Assembly (NCBI RefSeq): GCF_009914755.1
Contig: NC_060936.1
From: the human T2T-CHM13v2.0 reference genome, Homo sapiens
Length of the DNA stretch: 64,000 bases
Direction: 5' to 3' (one strand)
Shown: positions 35,171 to 55,835 of the stretch, piece by piece
Layout of the letters: each line of letters begins with the position of its first letter
How positions within the stretch are numbered: position 1 is the first letter of the stretch
Made by a program: the position numbers and the translations under genes
The notes under the pieces: model-generated
What the model was told of the DNA's origin: nothing
What the model saw: the letters and a program-made list of their open reading frames with translations, nothing else
The model's database searches: none

Positions 35171-35244
35171 AAATTATAATTTATCTTATGTTATGATTAC
35201 ATGTATTGTAATTAGCAAGTGCATAGAAAAATATAATCACAAGA

Positions 35245-36793
35245 GCTCTCCCTCTCCCTCTCCCACTCCCTCTCCCTCTCCGTCTCCCTCTCCCTCTCCC
35301 TCTCCCCACGGTCTCCCTCTCATGCGGAGCCGAAGCTGGACTGTACTGCTGCCATCTCGGCTCACTGCAACCTCCCTGCCTGATTCTCCTGCCTCAGCCT
35401 GCCGAGTGCCTGCGATTGCAGGCACGCGCCGCCACGCCTGACTGGTTTTGGTGGAGACCGGGTTTCGCTGTGTTGGCCGGGCCGGTCTCCAGCCCCTAAC
35501 CGCGAGTGATCCGCCAACCTCGGCCTCCCGAGGTGCCGGGATTGCAGACGGAGTCTCGTTCACTCAGTGCTCAATGGTGCCCAGGCTGGAGTGCAGTGGC
35601 GTGATCTCGGCTCACTACAACCTACACCTCCCAGCCGCCTGCCTTGGCCTCCCAAAGTGCCGAGATTGCAGCCTCTGCCCGGCCGCCACCCCGTCTGGGA
35701 AGTGAGGAGTGTCTCTGCCTGGCCGCCCATCGTCGGGGATGTGAGGAGCCCCTCTGCCTGGCTGCCCAGTCTGGAAAGTGAGGAGCGTCTCCACCCGGCC
35801 GCCATCCCATCTAGGAAGTGAGGAGCGCCTCTTCCCAGCCGCCATCACATCTAGGAAGTGAGGAGCGTCTCTGCCCGGCCGCCCATCGTCTGAGATGTGG
35901 GGAGCGCCTCTGCCCCGCCGCCCCATCTGGGATGTGAGGAGTGCCTCTGCCCGGCCGAGACCCCGTCTGGGAGGTGAGGAGCGTCTCTGCCCGGCCGCCC
36001 CGTCTGAGAAGTGAGGAGACCCTCTGCCTGGCAACCACCCCGTCTGAGAAGTGAGGAGCCCCTCTGCCCGGCCAGCACCCCGTCCGGGAGGGAGGTGGGG
36101 GGGTCAGCCCCCCGCCCGGCCAGCCGCCCCGTCCGGGAGGGAGGTGGGGGGGGTCAGCCCCCCCGCCCGGCCAGCCGCCCCGTCCGGGAGGTGAGGGGCG
36201 CCTCTGCCCGGCCGCCCCTACTGGGAAGTGAGGAGCCCCTCTGCCCGGCCACCACCCCGTCTGGGACGTGTGCCCAACAGCTCATTGAGAACGGGCCAGG
36301 ATGACAATGGCGGCTTTGTGGAATAGAAAGGCGGGAAAGGTGGGGAAAAGATTGAGAAATCGGATGGTTGCCGTGTCTGTGTAGAAAGAAGTAGACATGG
36401 GAGACTTTTCATTTTGTTCTGCACTAAGAAAAATTCCTCTGCCTTGGGATCCTGTTGATCTGTGACCTTACCCCCAACCCTGTGCTCTCTGAAACATGTG
36501 CTGTGTCCACTCAGGGTTAAATGGATTAAGGGCGGTGCAAGATGTGCTTTGTTAAACAGATGCTTGAAGGCAGCATGCTCGTTAAGAGTCATCACCAATC
36601 CCTAATCTCAAGTAATCAGGGACACAAACACTGCGGAAGGCCGCAGGGTCCTCTGCCTAGGAAAACCAGAGACCTTTGTTCACTTGTTTATCTGCTGACC
36701 TTCCCTCCACTATTGTCCCATGACCCTGCCAAATCCCCCTCTGTGAGAAACACCCAAGAATTATCAATAAAAAAATAAATTAAAAAAAAAATA
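35245..36793 (+). mobile_element. Full-length SVA retrotransposon (young, SVA_F-like), sense to CFAP251
   Basis: (CCCTCT)n head ~35246-35310, antisense Alu-like domain, GC-rich VNTR ~35680-36270, SINE-R, AATAAA at 36766, A tail; TSD ATAATCACAAGA at 35233-35244 and 36794-36805. Confidence 0.97.
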
Positions 36794-36809
36794 ATAATCA
36801 CAAGAATAA

Positions 36810-37060
36810 TTACTGTCTGTTGAATGCTTGCTATGTGTTAGGCATTATGTTAAGCACTTTACGTACATAGTCTCAATAAGCTTCAGAAAAGCCCAATGCA
36901 TACGTATTACTGTATTCCCTGCTTTTTCAAGATGAGGAAACTGAGGAGAAGGAATGTGAGTAACTCACTCAAGGTCATATAGACAGAAAATGGCAGAGCC
37001 AGAGTTTGAACCTAGGTCTATCATCAAAGATTGCTCTTTTAGCCCCAACCTCTACTGCCT
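36810..37060. mobile_element. MIR SINE
   Basis: GATGAGGAAACTGAGG...CAAGGTCA...GAGTTTGAACCTAGGTC. Confidence 0.75.
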
Positions 37061-37326
37061 CATGGTAAATAGTAGCATTCCTATGTAGTAATACTGTCAA
37101 AATTATATAGTGCAATATGCAAATAATTGCTACTGGATAGTGTTTTTTCCTACATAAAATTATACATGATTTAACAAGCAATTGTACATAGTATAAACTC
37201 AGTAAATGCTGTATATGAAACAGTGTTACCATTTACAGCTACTTTTATAATATCAATTATGTATCAATTACAGTTAATTTGTATCTGTAACCAATAATGT
37301 TATTTCAACATTCCTGGAATCTTGCC

Positions 37327-37600
<274 letters not shown>

Positions 37601-39334
37601 GGAATGTTGCATTGAGAATATGTGGCATCTCTGAAACTACTAGGTGATTACTTAGATACAGCGTTAAAGGAAAAAAGCAGGATGTAAAATTATACATATG
37701 ATACCAGTTTTGTAAAAAATATGCATGTGTATTTTATATGCATAGAAAAAATAGGAAGGAAGTGCCCCAAATCTCACCGAAATTGTGATTGGATGGTTGG
37801 ATTACAAGAGATTTTTATTTTTTTCTTGATACTTGAGGCCAGACCAAGATGTGAGGGTGAAGGGTACTTGAGATAGGTTGGTAGCTTGGCAGTGCTGCAA
37901 ACTGGTGTCCTCTGAATTTTTGTTCCACATTTTTTAAGTGGGACATGGAGAAATTGGTTACCGATTGATAAGTAATGTGTACAAATAGAGATTAAATTCC
38001 TGGTTCATTCCCACAGACCAAAGTAGAATGCCTGTTCTTTGGCAGGAGCAGGGAGGAGAGGAAGCAAATTGGTTCCCACTTCTCTGTTGCTCTTATTCTT
38101 TCTTTGTAAAATTCCAAACCCCACAGTTTATTGGGAAACATCCTAGGTTAAAATGTAAATGCTAAAATAAGTTACTAATTCCTAGCCCTTTCACTGGTAT
38201 AATTGGGGTTTCTGCATTTCAGCTGACTGCTACATGCACGGTACAAAAATACTGCACAGAGAGAGGCTGACGGCAGTGAGGAACAGTTTTGTTTGTTTCT
38301 TTATTTATTATATTTCTCTCTTCCTCGTGTTTTGCCAGTGACATAAGGCGTCCTGTGAGGAGTCCTGTGTTAACTGGCCCCGCATTTCCACTTAAACCTA
38401 GGCATGTCAGCACCCTTTTCTCATTCGAGAAAAATTAGAAAATACACAAACTTTCCAAATGAGAAGGGGAAAATTTTTTAAATTATTATTTTTTTAAGCT
38501 GCAAAGAATGAACGTCTAAAAGATCTCATGGGCTTGGGCTCTGTAGGAGTTGGCAGTAGTAACACCATCACCCGATCATCTGCTGGTGGCCAAAAGGAAA
38601 GCCCTTATCAAAAAGGTATTTAGGAGCCTGGAGTCACAGCTTTTATCTCTGATGGGAAGCTGTGCACACTCTAAAGTGAGGTGGCCTGGTGCAGCCCCAC
38701 TGGAGGGTGTTTTTAAGTTCTTGCAGTGACAAGTTGTCACATTTTCTTTTTGCTTCATCCAGATGCATGAATCAAAGCAACTGAAGTCTGAAAGGGAATG
38801 AAATGCCATGAGCCAGTATCTGTAACCTGCGGGTGACAACTCGAGAGCAACAAGTGACTGGGTTTAAGATGATCTCCTTTTAAAGGCGTCTTTAAAGCAA
38901 AAGGAAGCATGTGTGTTAGGGATCCACGCGCATGTGATGAACCACATAGAGCAGTGAAGTGGTGCAAATGGAAAATTCAGTAGCCAGTACATGGGGCGAG
39001 GAGGTAGTGAGATGGCACGAGGGAACAGCACATGCGTGAATGCAAAGGCGTACGCCACAACACCCGGCTCATTTTTGTATTTTTTGTAGAGACAGAGTTT
39101 CACCAGGTTGTGCAGGCTGGTCTCTAGTTCCTGGGTTCAAGCAGTTCTCCTGTCCCAGCCTCCCAAAATGCTGAGATGGCAAGGTGTGAGTCACCGTTCC
39201 TGACCATCATCTCTCAAAAAAAAAAAAAAAAAAAAGGCATGCATGATGGCTCACTCCTGCATCCCTACACTTTGGGAGGCAGCTGTGCTGCAGCCTGGGT
39301 GATAGAGCGAGATTCTGTCTCTTAAAGAAAAAAA

Positions 39335-41120
<1,786 letters not shown>

Positions 41121-41179
41121 TAATTGGAAAGTATTCCTTTTTCCTCTATTTTTGTGCAGTTTGTGGAAAATTAGTATTC

Positions 41180-41439
41180 TTTTTTTTTCCCCCCGCCGAG
41201 ACAGAGTTTCACTCTGTTGCCCAGGCTGGAGTGCAGTGGCACGTTCTTGGCTCACTGTAACCTCAACTTCCAGGGTTCAAGTGATTCTCATACTGTGCCA
41301 GGCTAATTTTTGTATTTTTAGTAGAGACAGGGTTTCACCATGTTGGCCAGGCTGGTCTCAAACTCCTGGCCTCAAGTGATCCTTTGGCCACGGCCTCCCA
41401 AAGTGCTAGGATTACAGGCATGAGCCGCTGCACCAGCCC
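41180..41439 (-). mobile_element. Alu (internally deleted)
   Basis: Reverse-complement Alu ending 80 bp before exon ~20. Confidence 0.9.
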
Positions 41440-41519
41440 TACTGTCCAATTTTTAGAAATCTATCCTGGTGCCTTTTCTATTTACTGTGGTCTTTTTTTT
41501 TTCCCCATCTTTCCCCTAG

Positions 41520-41748
41520 ATTGATGATATATTTAACGAAATCAAATTTGGTGAATATGTGGACACTGGAAAGCTAATCGACAAGATCAACTTACCAGAT
41601 TTCCTAAAAGTGTACCTTAACCACAAGCCACCTTTTGGTAACACCATGAGTGGCATCCACAAGAGCTTTGAGGTGCTCGGTTATACCAACTCCAAAGGGA
41701 AAAAGGCCATTCGAAGAGAGGACTTCCTGAGACTGCTCGTTACTAAAG
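41520..41748 (+). CDS. CFAP251: CFAP251 coding exon (~20): [13 protein letters not shown]...FLRLLVTK
   Basis: long polypyrimidine tract + ctag| acceptor and AAG|gtaagc donor; 229 bp, phase 0 to 1; EF-hand-like helices. Confidence 0.95.
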
Positions 41749-41988
41749 GTAAGCACATACATCAGGATGTCTGGTAACATCCTGGGGCCATTCCCAGTGT
41801 AGAGAACTGAGTTTGGGGAGCCAGCCCCTGTGGAGCTCCATCTTTCATGAAAGAGGTGATTTGACCAGATTTGAGCCATGAGGGGTCTGGCTGACCCACC
41901 TGCATCCCTGGCAAGTACGAAGTAATGGGAGGGACCCGGAGCTAGAAAGCAAAAGAATGTGATTCGTGTTGCAACTACCTGAGCCTCA

Positions 41989-42453
<465 letters not shown>

Positions 42454-42712
42454 CTACTATGTTTCTCATTATTGTACATGAGGATGTCAAGTAAACTCTC
42501 TTGGGATGACAGTTTCATCTTAGTCCAAGTGGGTGGTTCTGAGAGGAGGGAATTTGAAATGAAGCAGAGCCTGGTCCCCGCAGCATGCTGTCCTATTTCT
42601 CTATGCCAGCCCCATGTATGTTCCTTGCCTGGAGGACCCTGTTTAACACCATTAGGAAGCATATGTGACAGTACCATGGGACTCTAGATCATTTTTGTGT
42701 CTAAAGAAAAGG

Positions 42713-43226
<514 letters not shown>

Positions 43227-43300
43227 TAATAACGCTAAGCCCTGACAGTATGCTTAGCCTCAAGAGTTAAACAATCACCTTCTCACTCTTTGACACACAG

Positions 43301-43402
43301 GTGAGCATATGACGGAGGAGGAGATGTTGGATTGCTTTGCTTCACTGTTTGGCCTGAATCCCGAGGGATGGAAATCCGAGCCTGCAACCTGCTCCGTCAA
43401 AG
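43301..43402 (+). CDS. CFAP251: CFAP251 penultimate coding exon (~21): (G)[33 protein letters not shown]
   Basis: cacacag| acceptor and AAG|gtaccc donor; 102 bp, phase 1 to 1. Confidence 0.93.
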
Positions 43403-43744
43403 GTACCCCAGCTGGCTTTGTCTGGGCATGTAGCTGTGGCTCACTGATTTGTTGTAGACTTCAGTACATTTATTTCTCCTGATCGGTGCAAGCCACTCTC
43501 CCTAAGACTGCACATAACAAAGCATGTCTGTTGGGAATCCCACATGAATAAGTTATGAAAAGAACAGTGAGTGGTGGCTTTTGTTCCCGCGCTCTGTCCG
43601 TCCTTTTGTTTCTTCTGGGCTTATTTTCCCTTTGTTCCACTGACCTGTCATCTTGCCGGCTTGGGTGGGTGAATATTGGCCACCCGTAGAGGATCCAGTT
43701 TGACAGCTGTTTCAGGAGAATAGGTATGTAAAGAGAGACTTGGG

Positions 43745-44350
<606 letters not shown>

Positions 44351-45099
44351 AAAGAGAGAGAGAGAGAGAAAGATTTGGAGAAGGAGAGAGCATCAACTTG
44401 GTGGGCAGTACAAGCCCAGCTACAAGCTGCCAAAACTTTCAGGTTTTTAAAGATCATCCTCCTGTCCCTTCCTGCTATAGCCTAAGTATTTTTCACCTTT
44501 TCGTGCACTGGACCTGAAGTTAGGGCCGTGACTTTCAGCTCAGGAGGAACCAATCTAAACGGCTCTTCTAGGCTCACTGGTACAGGAGCAACTCTGCTGA
44601 CAAGCCCGGGGATGGTCAGATCCCACCACCATCACCAAGACTGAGGAGGGTGCAAAGACCCCTCACCCATTCCCCTTTTCCCTCTCCTTTTATTGTCCAT
44701 TCCCCACATCAAATTAAACAAAGTCCCTGAACTCAGATAATTTCAGACTCCAGTAGCTAACAGGTCATTCCCAACCTGCAAGCTCTCCCTACCCCATTCC
44801 TTTATGTGCTTCAGATCTCAGAATGTACCTTTCCTGATTGTTATATATTTCTGCTGTGTTCCCAGGCATCTTGAAACAGAAAAATCAATCATACCATGTG
44901 GTTAAGGCTTTCCAGTAAGGTTTGCAGAGATTTGGTTAACAGCGTTCTGTTCCGTAAAGGAGAGATTTTTAAGCAATTTCCACCCAGAGTTTTTCAAGGA
45001 ATCAAAGCCAAATCACAGCACAAAGCCCCTCTTGTTTTTGTTTAGTAGCATTTCCTTGTGTTTTTGGAAAATCCTCCTGAGTTAGAAACATAGTCATTG

Positions 45100-45380
45100 A
45101 GGCCAGATGCGGTAGCTGTAATCCCAGCGCTTTGGGAGTCTGAGGTGGGAGGATCACTTGAAGCCAGCAGTTTGAGATCAGCCTGGGTAACATAGCGAGA
45201 CCCCATCTCTACAAAAAAATTTTAAAATAAGCTGGGCGTGGTGGCGTGTGCCTGTAGTCCCAGCTACTTGGGAGGCTGAGGTGGGAGGATCACTTGACCC
45301 CAGGAGTTCAAGGCTGCAGTGAGCTATGATCGTGTCACTGCACTCCAGCCTGGGCAACAGAGCAAGGCCCTGTCTCAAAC
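45100..45380 (+). mobile_element. Alu (J-like)
   Basis: Dimeric Alu just upstream of the last exon. Confidence 0.9.
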
Positions 45381-45455
45381 CCCTCCCCTCACCCAAAAAA
45401 GAAAGAAACATAATCATCATGAAGGCATTTGGTGTTCTTTTCTTGTTTTGGCTAG

Positions 45456-45568
45456 GTTCAGAAATTTGCCTTGAAGAAGAACTTCCAGACGAAATCACTG
45501 CAGAAATATTCGCGACTGAAATTCTTGGCTTAACCATTTCAGAAGATTCCGGCCAGGATGGTCAGTGA
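45456..45568 (+). CDS. CFAP251: CFAP251 last coding exon (~22): (G)[36 protein letters not shown]
   Basis: gctag| acceptor; frame continues from the previous exon to TGA at 45566-45568. Confidence 0.93.
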
Positions 45569-45693
45569 AGTTACCAGGAATGTTTAAAGCACAAAGGACT
45601 TTGGGTGTGTGTGCATGCACATGTGTGTGTTTTCCATGAGGCACTGCTTTTTATGCATTTCCCTCCCCCCTCTCATCTTTAGAACATTTAGAC

Positions 45694-45699
45694 ATTAAA
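45694..45699 (+). terminator. CFAP251: Probable CFAP251 polyadenylation signal (ATTAAA), ~125 nt after the stop
   Basis: ATTAAA is the first canonical-type hexamer after the stop codon. Confidence 0.7.
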
Positions 45700-47001
45700 G
45701 CAAGTTTCTGGTGAGCAATGGAATTCACAAAGTTGGACATTCCACTGTTTCTGAAATAGAAAAGTGGGCGGAGGCGAGAAAAACCCTGGCAGCTGGATGT
45801 ACATGGTGGCTGGATCTCTGGGTCTCTGGTGATGCTGCCTGGATGGGGTTTGCACGGGATATGGAGGGGGCGTGGTCTCAGGGGGCAGAGGGGTCCTCAG
45901 CCAGCAGCAGGCCTCCCTCGCGACACATGTGGTCCAGGGAAATGATGGTCCATGGCCTCATTCCCTTTCCCTGCAGGGCCACCTGGACCCTCCGCCCAGT
46001 GTGGCCCAGTGTGGATCACCCCTGCCTGTTGTGGGGCTGGGGTGGGGGTGCCGGGTGCGCCGGGCTCCTGAGAGTCCCAGATTGTGGCTTCTTATCAGCA
46101 AAACACCCAAGTGGTGGTGTGTGACCGTTATAAAGAGCATCATTAGCCATGCTTAACCCCGGTGGCAGCTGCCAGGAGAATGCAGAAGCCCCTCTGAGCG
46201 CCCCCGAGCCTGTTCACGCTGCACCTGCGCCAGAAACCACAGAGCAGCCCCGCCCAGCAGAGGCCGGGGCCTCCCTCGCACCCACACTCACCAGTGTGGT
46301 GGCTTGGCCGCCTCACACTCTGCTGGGCCGCAAAACATGTAGTAGGCAAAAATAGGGGCCGGTTCCCCAGCTCTGGGACGTTCAGGGGGCGTTACTAAGT
46401 TTATAGCAGTATTTTGGCCTTGAAAATAGCATAGCATTGTAGTGTGAACAGATGAGAGTTAGTCTGACTTTGGAGTTTTGTCATCCGTTCTGAGGCCTCA
46501 TTCAGGCAAAGGTGCCAGATGTCATTCTCCAACACACTCCGTCCAACACACCCCCTAGACCAGCTTCTTCCTCAGAGAAACTAGCATCTGAGATAACATT
46601 TCTGATCCACTTAAAGTGCCTTTCTCGGAAGGAACATTCCGTGGCAGAGAAACAGAATAACAACCACATCCTTACTCATGCACGAAGCCCCCTCCACTAC
46701 GTGGGGTCCAGCTGGAAATCTGGCATGGTGAGAATCTTTGGAACGCCCCGGAACGTGGAACGGAACTGTCTACCCCAAACCAGGCTGTGTCACTGTGACC
46801 TTGGGGCAGACAGCACGGGCCAAGGTTCTGCCGGTGCCAGCTTGTCAGATCATGTCACCAGGGCTTTGCAACCTAATTTACATTTTGTTCTTTTTAAAAA
46901 ACATGAAAAGAAAAACAAGCTTTATGAATCAATTTTGCAGCTGCTGAGGGCTTAGGAGATCTAGTATCAAGCCAGTTAAAAAGTTCCTGGGGACATTTTA
47001 G

Positions 47002-47963
<962 letters not shown>

Positions 47964-48830
47964 AAGGTGCTTGGGTTTTGTTGTCTCCCAACTTCCTTGA
48001 CAAAAGCAGGGCACAGCCAATTGCCCCTTTCAGCTCCAGGAGGGCCTCTTCACCTCTCATCAGGGCAGGCCCAGCCTGTTGGCCTCAAAGATGAGAAAAG
48101 GGAGGACCCAGTGGCCCGGTCCCATCAGCAGGAAAGAGGATACAGTGCAGAGAGCTCAGGCTTCCAGCAGTAGGGTGGCAAGGCAGCGACAACAGGAAGG
48201 GATGGCAAAGAAGACAGCGTCGCGGAGCTTGCTCATGCATCACACTTAGGGACTAAATGCTGAACACCAAAAACACTGTGATGCTCCTTTGCAGAAAGAT
48301 TCCTGTGCGTTTCACACGGGGCTTGTGGCCGGCTGACTCTTACATCCCGGTTTGTGAGTTCTGGATCAGGAACCACCAAGAGCCTCCCCGGCGCCAGCTC
48401 TCTGCTCCAGACCCGGTCCCACCTGCAGGTGAGGGCCTCGCACGCACAGCGTCTGCGCTGGGAGCCCATGGACTTGCCGCGCTCCTGTTCAGCTTCTGCA
48501 ACTTTCTAGCCACCTGTGCGCCCTTGGGTGTGGCTAAGCTCTTAGACCTCAGTTTCCTCCCGGAGCAACTCCTGCGGTGGTGGTGCGGATGAGAAGAGAT
48601 GGTGCAAGTAAAGCGTTATTGGCACAGGGTAGAGCTCCAAATATGACAGCAGCTATTATTATCACAGCAGAAACTGTGCCCGAGAATCAGGAAGACATTT
48701 GGTGCAAATTAACCTCTCCCAAACCCAGAGTTTGAGCAAGAGTTAGCGTTTGCTCAAATAGGGGTCTCTCCTAGTTTTGACGATGAGCTCTCAACAAGTA
48801 TTTGTGGAATGATGGAATGAATGAATTTGA

Positions 48831-49135
<305 letters not shown>

Positions 49136-49207
49136 ACTCCATGCTCTTTTCATAGCTGACTTAGCTTTGGAATGAAGGCCAATGGCAGGTCCTTATAGGG
49201 CCCTCAT

Positions 49208-49546
49208 CAGGCTGGGCAAACCTCCCCTGTCAAGGGCCAGGGAGTAAATATTGAGGCTCTTGGGGCCAAAGGGCCTCCGTAGTGACTTCCCAATCCTGCC
49301 ATTGTAGTGCAAAAGCCCCCAGGGACAACACAGAAAAGAATGCCCGTGGCTGCCTCCCAGCCCCACTTCACCTATGGACACTGACATTTGGATTTCATGA
49401 TAATTTCCACATATCATGGACTATTATTTGTCTTTTGTTTTTTTTTCAACCATTTAAAAATGTGAAACCCATTCTTAGCTCGGAGACCTGCAAACACAGG
49501 CAGCAGCCTAGATTTGTCCCACAGGGTGTAGCTCACCACCCCCGAC
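49208..49546. mobile_element. MER58B-like hAT-Charlie element
   Basis: CAGG..GGCAAAC...AAGGGCCAG..AGTAAATAT...CAACCATTTAAAAATGTGAAACCCATTCTTAGCTC. Confidence 0.8.
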
Positions 49547-49689
49547 TCTGCCTCGTAGGCCAAGGGTACTCATTCCAGCAGATTTCCACAAATACTACAA
49601 ATCTGTACCAAACACCTGACCGGCACTCTTCAAAAAATGTCAAAGTCATGACAGACAAGGAAAGATGGAGAAACTCTCACAGACCAGAA

Positions 49690-50557
49690 GAGACGGAACC
49701 ATGACAACTAAATGCAGTGTGGACACCTGGATCCGTTCCTGAAACAGAAAAAGGACATCAGTGGAAAAACTGGTGAAATCCAGCTAAAGTCTGTGGTTTA
49801 GTTAACAGTGTTGCACCAATATTAATTTCTGAGTTTTGGGCGGTGCGCAGTGGCTTACACCTGTAATCCCAGCACTTTGGGCAGCCGAGCTGGGAGGATC
49901 ACTTGAGCCCAGGAGTTCAAAATCTGCCTGGGCAACATAGGGAGACCCCGTCTCTACAAAACATTTTTTTAAAATTAGCTGGACATGGTGGAGCATGCCT
50001 GTGGTCTCAGCTAGTCAGGAGGCTGAGGCCAGAGGATCACTTGAGCCTGGGAGGTTGAGGCCGTAGTGAGCCGTGATCGTGCCACTGCACTCCAGCCTGG
50101 GTGACAGAGTGAGATCCTATCTCAAAACAAAATTTCTGAGTTTTGCTCAGTGTATCACAGTTGTGTAAGATGTTCACATTAGGGAAACTGGGTGAAGGGT
50201 CTAGGGATCATGGCACTATCTTGGCAAGCCTAAAATTATTTCAACATAAAGTTTTTATTTATTTTTATTTTTATTTTTATTTTTTGAGATGGAGTCTCGC
50301 TCTGTCACCTAGGCTGGAGTGCAGTGGCGTGATCTTGGCTCACTGCAACCTCCGCCTCCCGGGTTCTTGCCATTCTCCTGCCTCAGCCAGCTGGGACTAC
50401 AGACGCCTGCCACTATGCCCGGCTAATTTTTTATATTTTTAGTAGAGATGGGGTTTCACCATGTTAGCCAGGATGGTCTCGATCTCTTGACCTCATGATC
50501 CGCCAGCTTCGGCCTCCCAAAGTGCTGGGATTACAGGCGTGAGCCACCGCGCCCGGC
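49690..50557. mobile_element. Old L1M 3' fragment (+) with a sense Alu (49838-50131) and an antisense Alu (50255-50557)
   Basis: ATGACAACTAAATGCA...GAAAAAGGACATCAGTGGAAAAACTGGTGAAATC plus Alu sequences. Confidence 0.8.
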
Positions 50558-51274
50558 CATAAAGTTTTTAAAAAATGAAATCTGTACCACCTTTCTGACT
50601 CAGTCACCCCTGAATTATTTCCACTATCTGCTCTGTGCTTTCAATTCTTGAGCAGATTCTCCTGCCGGCGCCACAGCACCTGGTCCCCTCACTGGCTGCC
50701 TGGCCTGTGCAGACCTGGCCTTCTGCTGTGCTTCGAGGTGATGCAAACAAAAAGGTCTTTTTTTAAACATCTGTGTCCTCAAGCTGTGGCTGCCTGAGAC
50801 ACTGGTGTTTTCGGCTTGAGCATGTTCTTTAGGGATTTGGCCAGCAGTTCCCTTGCGGGCAGCTATTTCCAAATTGACTGTAATAAATAGATGCCAGGCG
50901 CTGGGAGTTGACAGTAGTTGCCACCCTGCTCATATGTCATGTAACCGCCCTCTGCTAGCTTAGCTGGAAGGAATATTAAAAAAAAAAAAAGAAAAGCCGG
51001 TTGATCCAACACTGTTCAGCGGCAGCGAGATGCTGACTGGTGGGACAGTGAGCTGCGGGTCTCGGTGCCCCGAAGCTGGTGTTCTCCCGAGTGCACTGAT
51101 GCCAAGGCGGACTCACATTTATCAGTGCCCAGGCGTGAGGCATCAGCCCCAGGAAAGTCGTCCAGCACTGGCATCACTGCCCTCCCTGAGAGTGTGAAAT
51201 TGCAAGTGATGCCGTGAGGCAAGGGTGGGGGCGTCAATACTGAAGCTGCCCCGCCTCAAAAGGGCTTGGACCAT

Positions 51275-52303
<1,029 letters not shown>

Positions 52304-52772
52304 CCTGAGAGAGATGGACTTCATTTATTACCCACTCACGAATTCAACAAACGCTGACTGTGTGCTGGGCCCTGTGTGAGGGCTGCCTATCTGGAGTGAA
52401 CAAGAGAGTGGCTGTTGTCTTTAGGGGGCTCATGTTAAACAAACACATTAATGTAAACTTGCAAACGGTGCTCAGAGCTACGAGGGAAAAGCCCGGCCCC
52501 TGTGAGAGGGAATCCCTAGAGGGGGGCAGGTTTAGATGAAGTGGTCAGAGAGGGGAGAATGTTCCAGAGGGAGCCAAGTGAGCCAAAGCTGGGAGCTGCG
52601 GAAGAGCCAGATGCATTCAGTGAACCAAAGCTTTCCATGGTCAACCCTGGGGAATGCTGCAGGCTCAAGACAAGGCATCTAGAATGACCTCTAGTGTTCC
52701 TTTACCACTGCCAGTGTATGATTCTTCCTCATGAGCCTGAGTAGGAATGTTTCATATGGGAAGTGGGTAGGT

Positions 52773-53785
<1,013 letters not shown>

Positions 53786-54099
53786 GAAGGAGAAGGAGAG
53801 AGGGACAGCTTCAATTTGGTGTCAATCATGATCTTTGGTTTGCAGTAATAGAAATTGACTCTGCTTAGCTTAAGTGGAAAAGGACTTGATTTCAAAGCTA
53901 CCAGGCAACTCACAGAATCAATGGAGACACTGGAGAAGCAAGCCCTGGAGATGAGTGGGAACCAAAGGATGCCAGGACGTCCCAGTGGTGCTGCCACCCC
54001 TGAGCACTTGATCCTCCAATCTCGTTAAGATTTCCAATGGCCACGTCTGCTGTGAGTCATTTCTCCATTGTCCCTACCTTCCTCAAACCTCAAAGTCAA

Positions 54100-55340
<1,241 letters not shown>

Positions 55341-55696
55341 AACCGGCTAGACCATCCACCATCCACACCTAAGGTTGGAACCCATTCCCAGGACTTAACT
55401 GGGCCCCCAGTGAAGAGAGAGACAGACCCCCTTTAGCTCCGGTAGCGGGGTGGGGAGGGGCTGCCTCCACCCACAAAGGCTCACCCAGAACTAGGAGGGT
55501 GTTCAGATGCTGAACAGGTGGAATCACTCCACATGTGGAGAGTACAGGGGAAGAAGTCTGGGCAGCCTTCTAGATCCCTGACCTAAGAATGTACCGAGCC
55601 TGTGTGTAGAAGGATCCCAACTTTATTCCAAGCCACTGGGTCATCCAGACTTTCTGCATTTAGAAAATGCTAATAATTTGGGACCTCACTGAGTTC

Positions 55697-55835
55697 CACC
55701 AGCTGCGTGTTGCTGAATGCTTATCAACCAGCTCTGGGTGGGGAAGAGGGGAGGGGCCTGACGTATAGCACTTGCCAATTTCCATAGTGTAAATATTCCC
55801 ATTAGAGCTGATTTCAAACTATCAGCATTATGACA
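55697..55835 (-). mobile_element. MER63A-like hAT element (partial)
   Basis: TTGCCAATTTCCATAGTGTAAATATTCCC...GATTTCAA, homologous to the copy at 59984. Confidence 0.65.

Noticed and set aside
35193-36778. Overlapping ORFs on both strands
   Set aside because: SVA hexamer, VNTR and SINE-R sequence; the element is non-autonomous and non-coding
38740-38835. Strong polypyrimidine+CAG acceptor at 38762 followed by an in-frame stop (possible poison exon)
   Set aside because: No convincing donor nearby; such pseudo-acceptors are common in long introns
45605-45630. TGTGCATGCACA palindrome with an RBFOX motif in the 3'UTR
   Set aside because: Short motif within a TG-rich tract; likely chance
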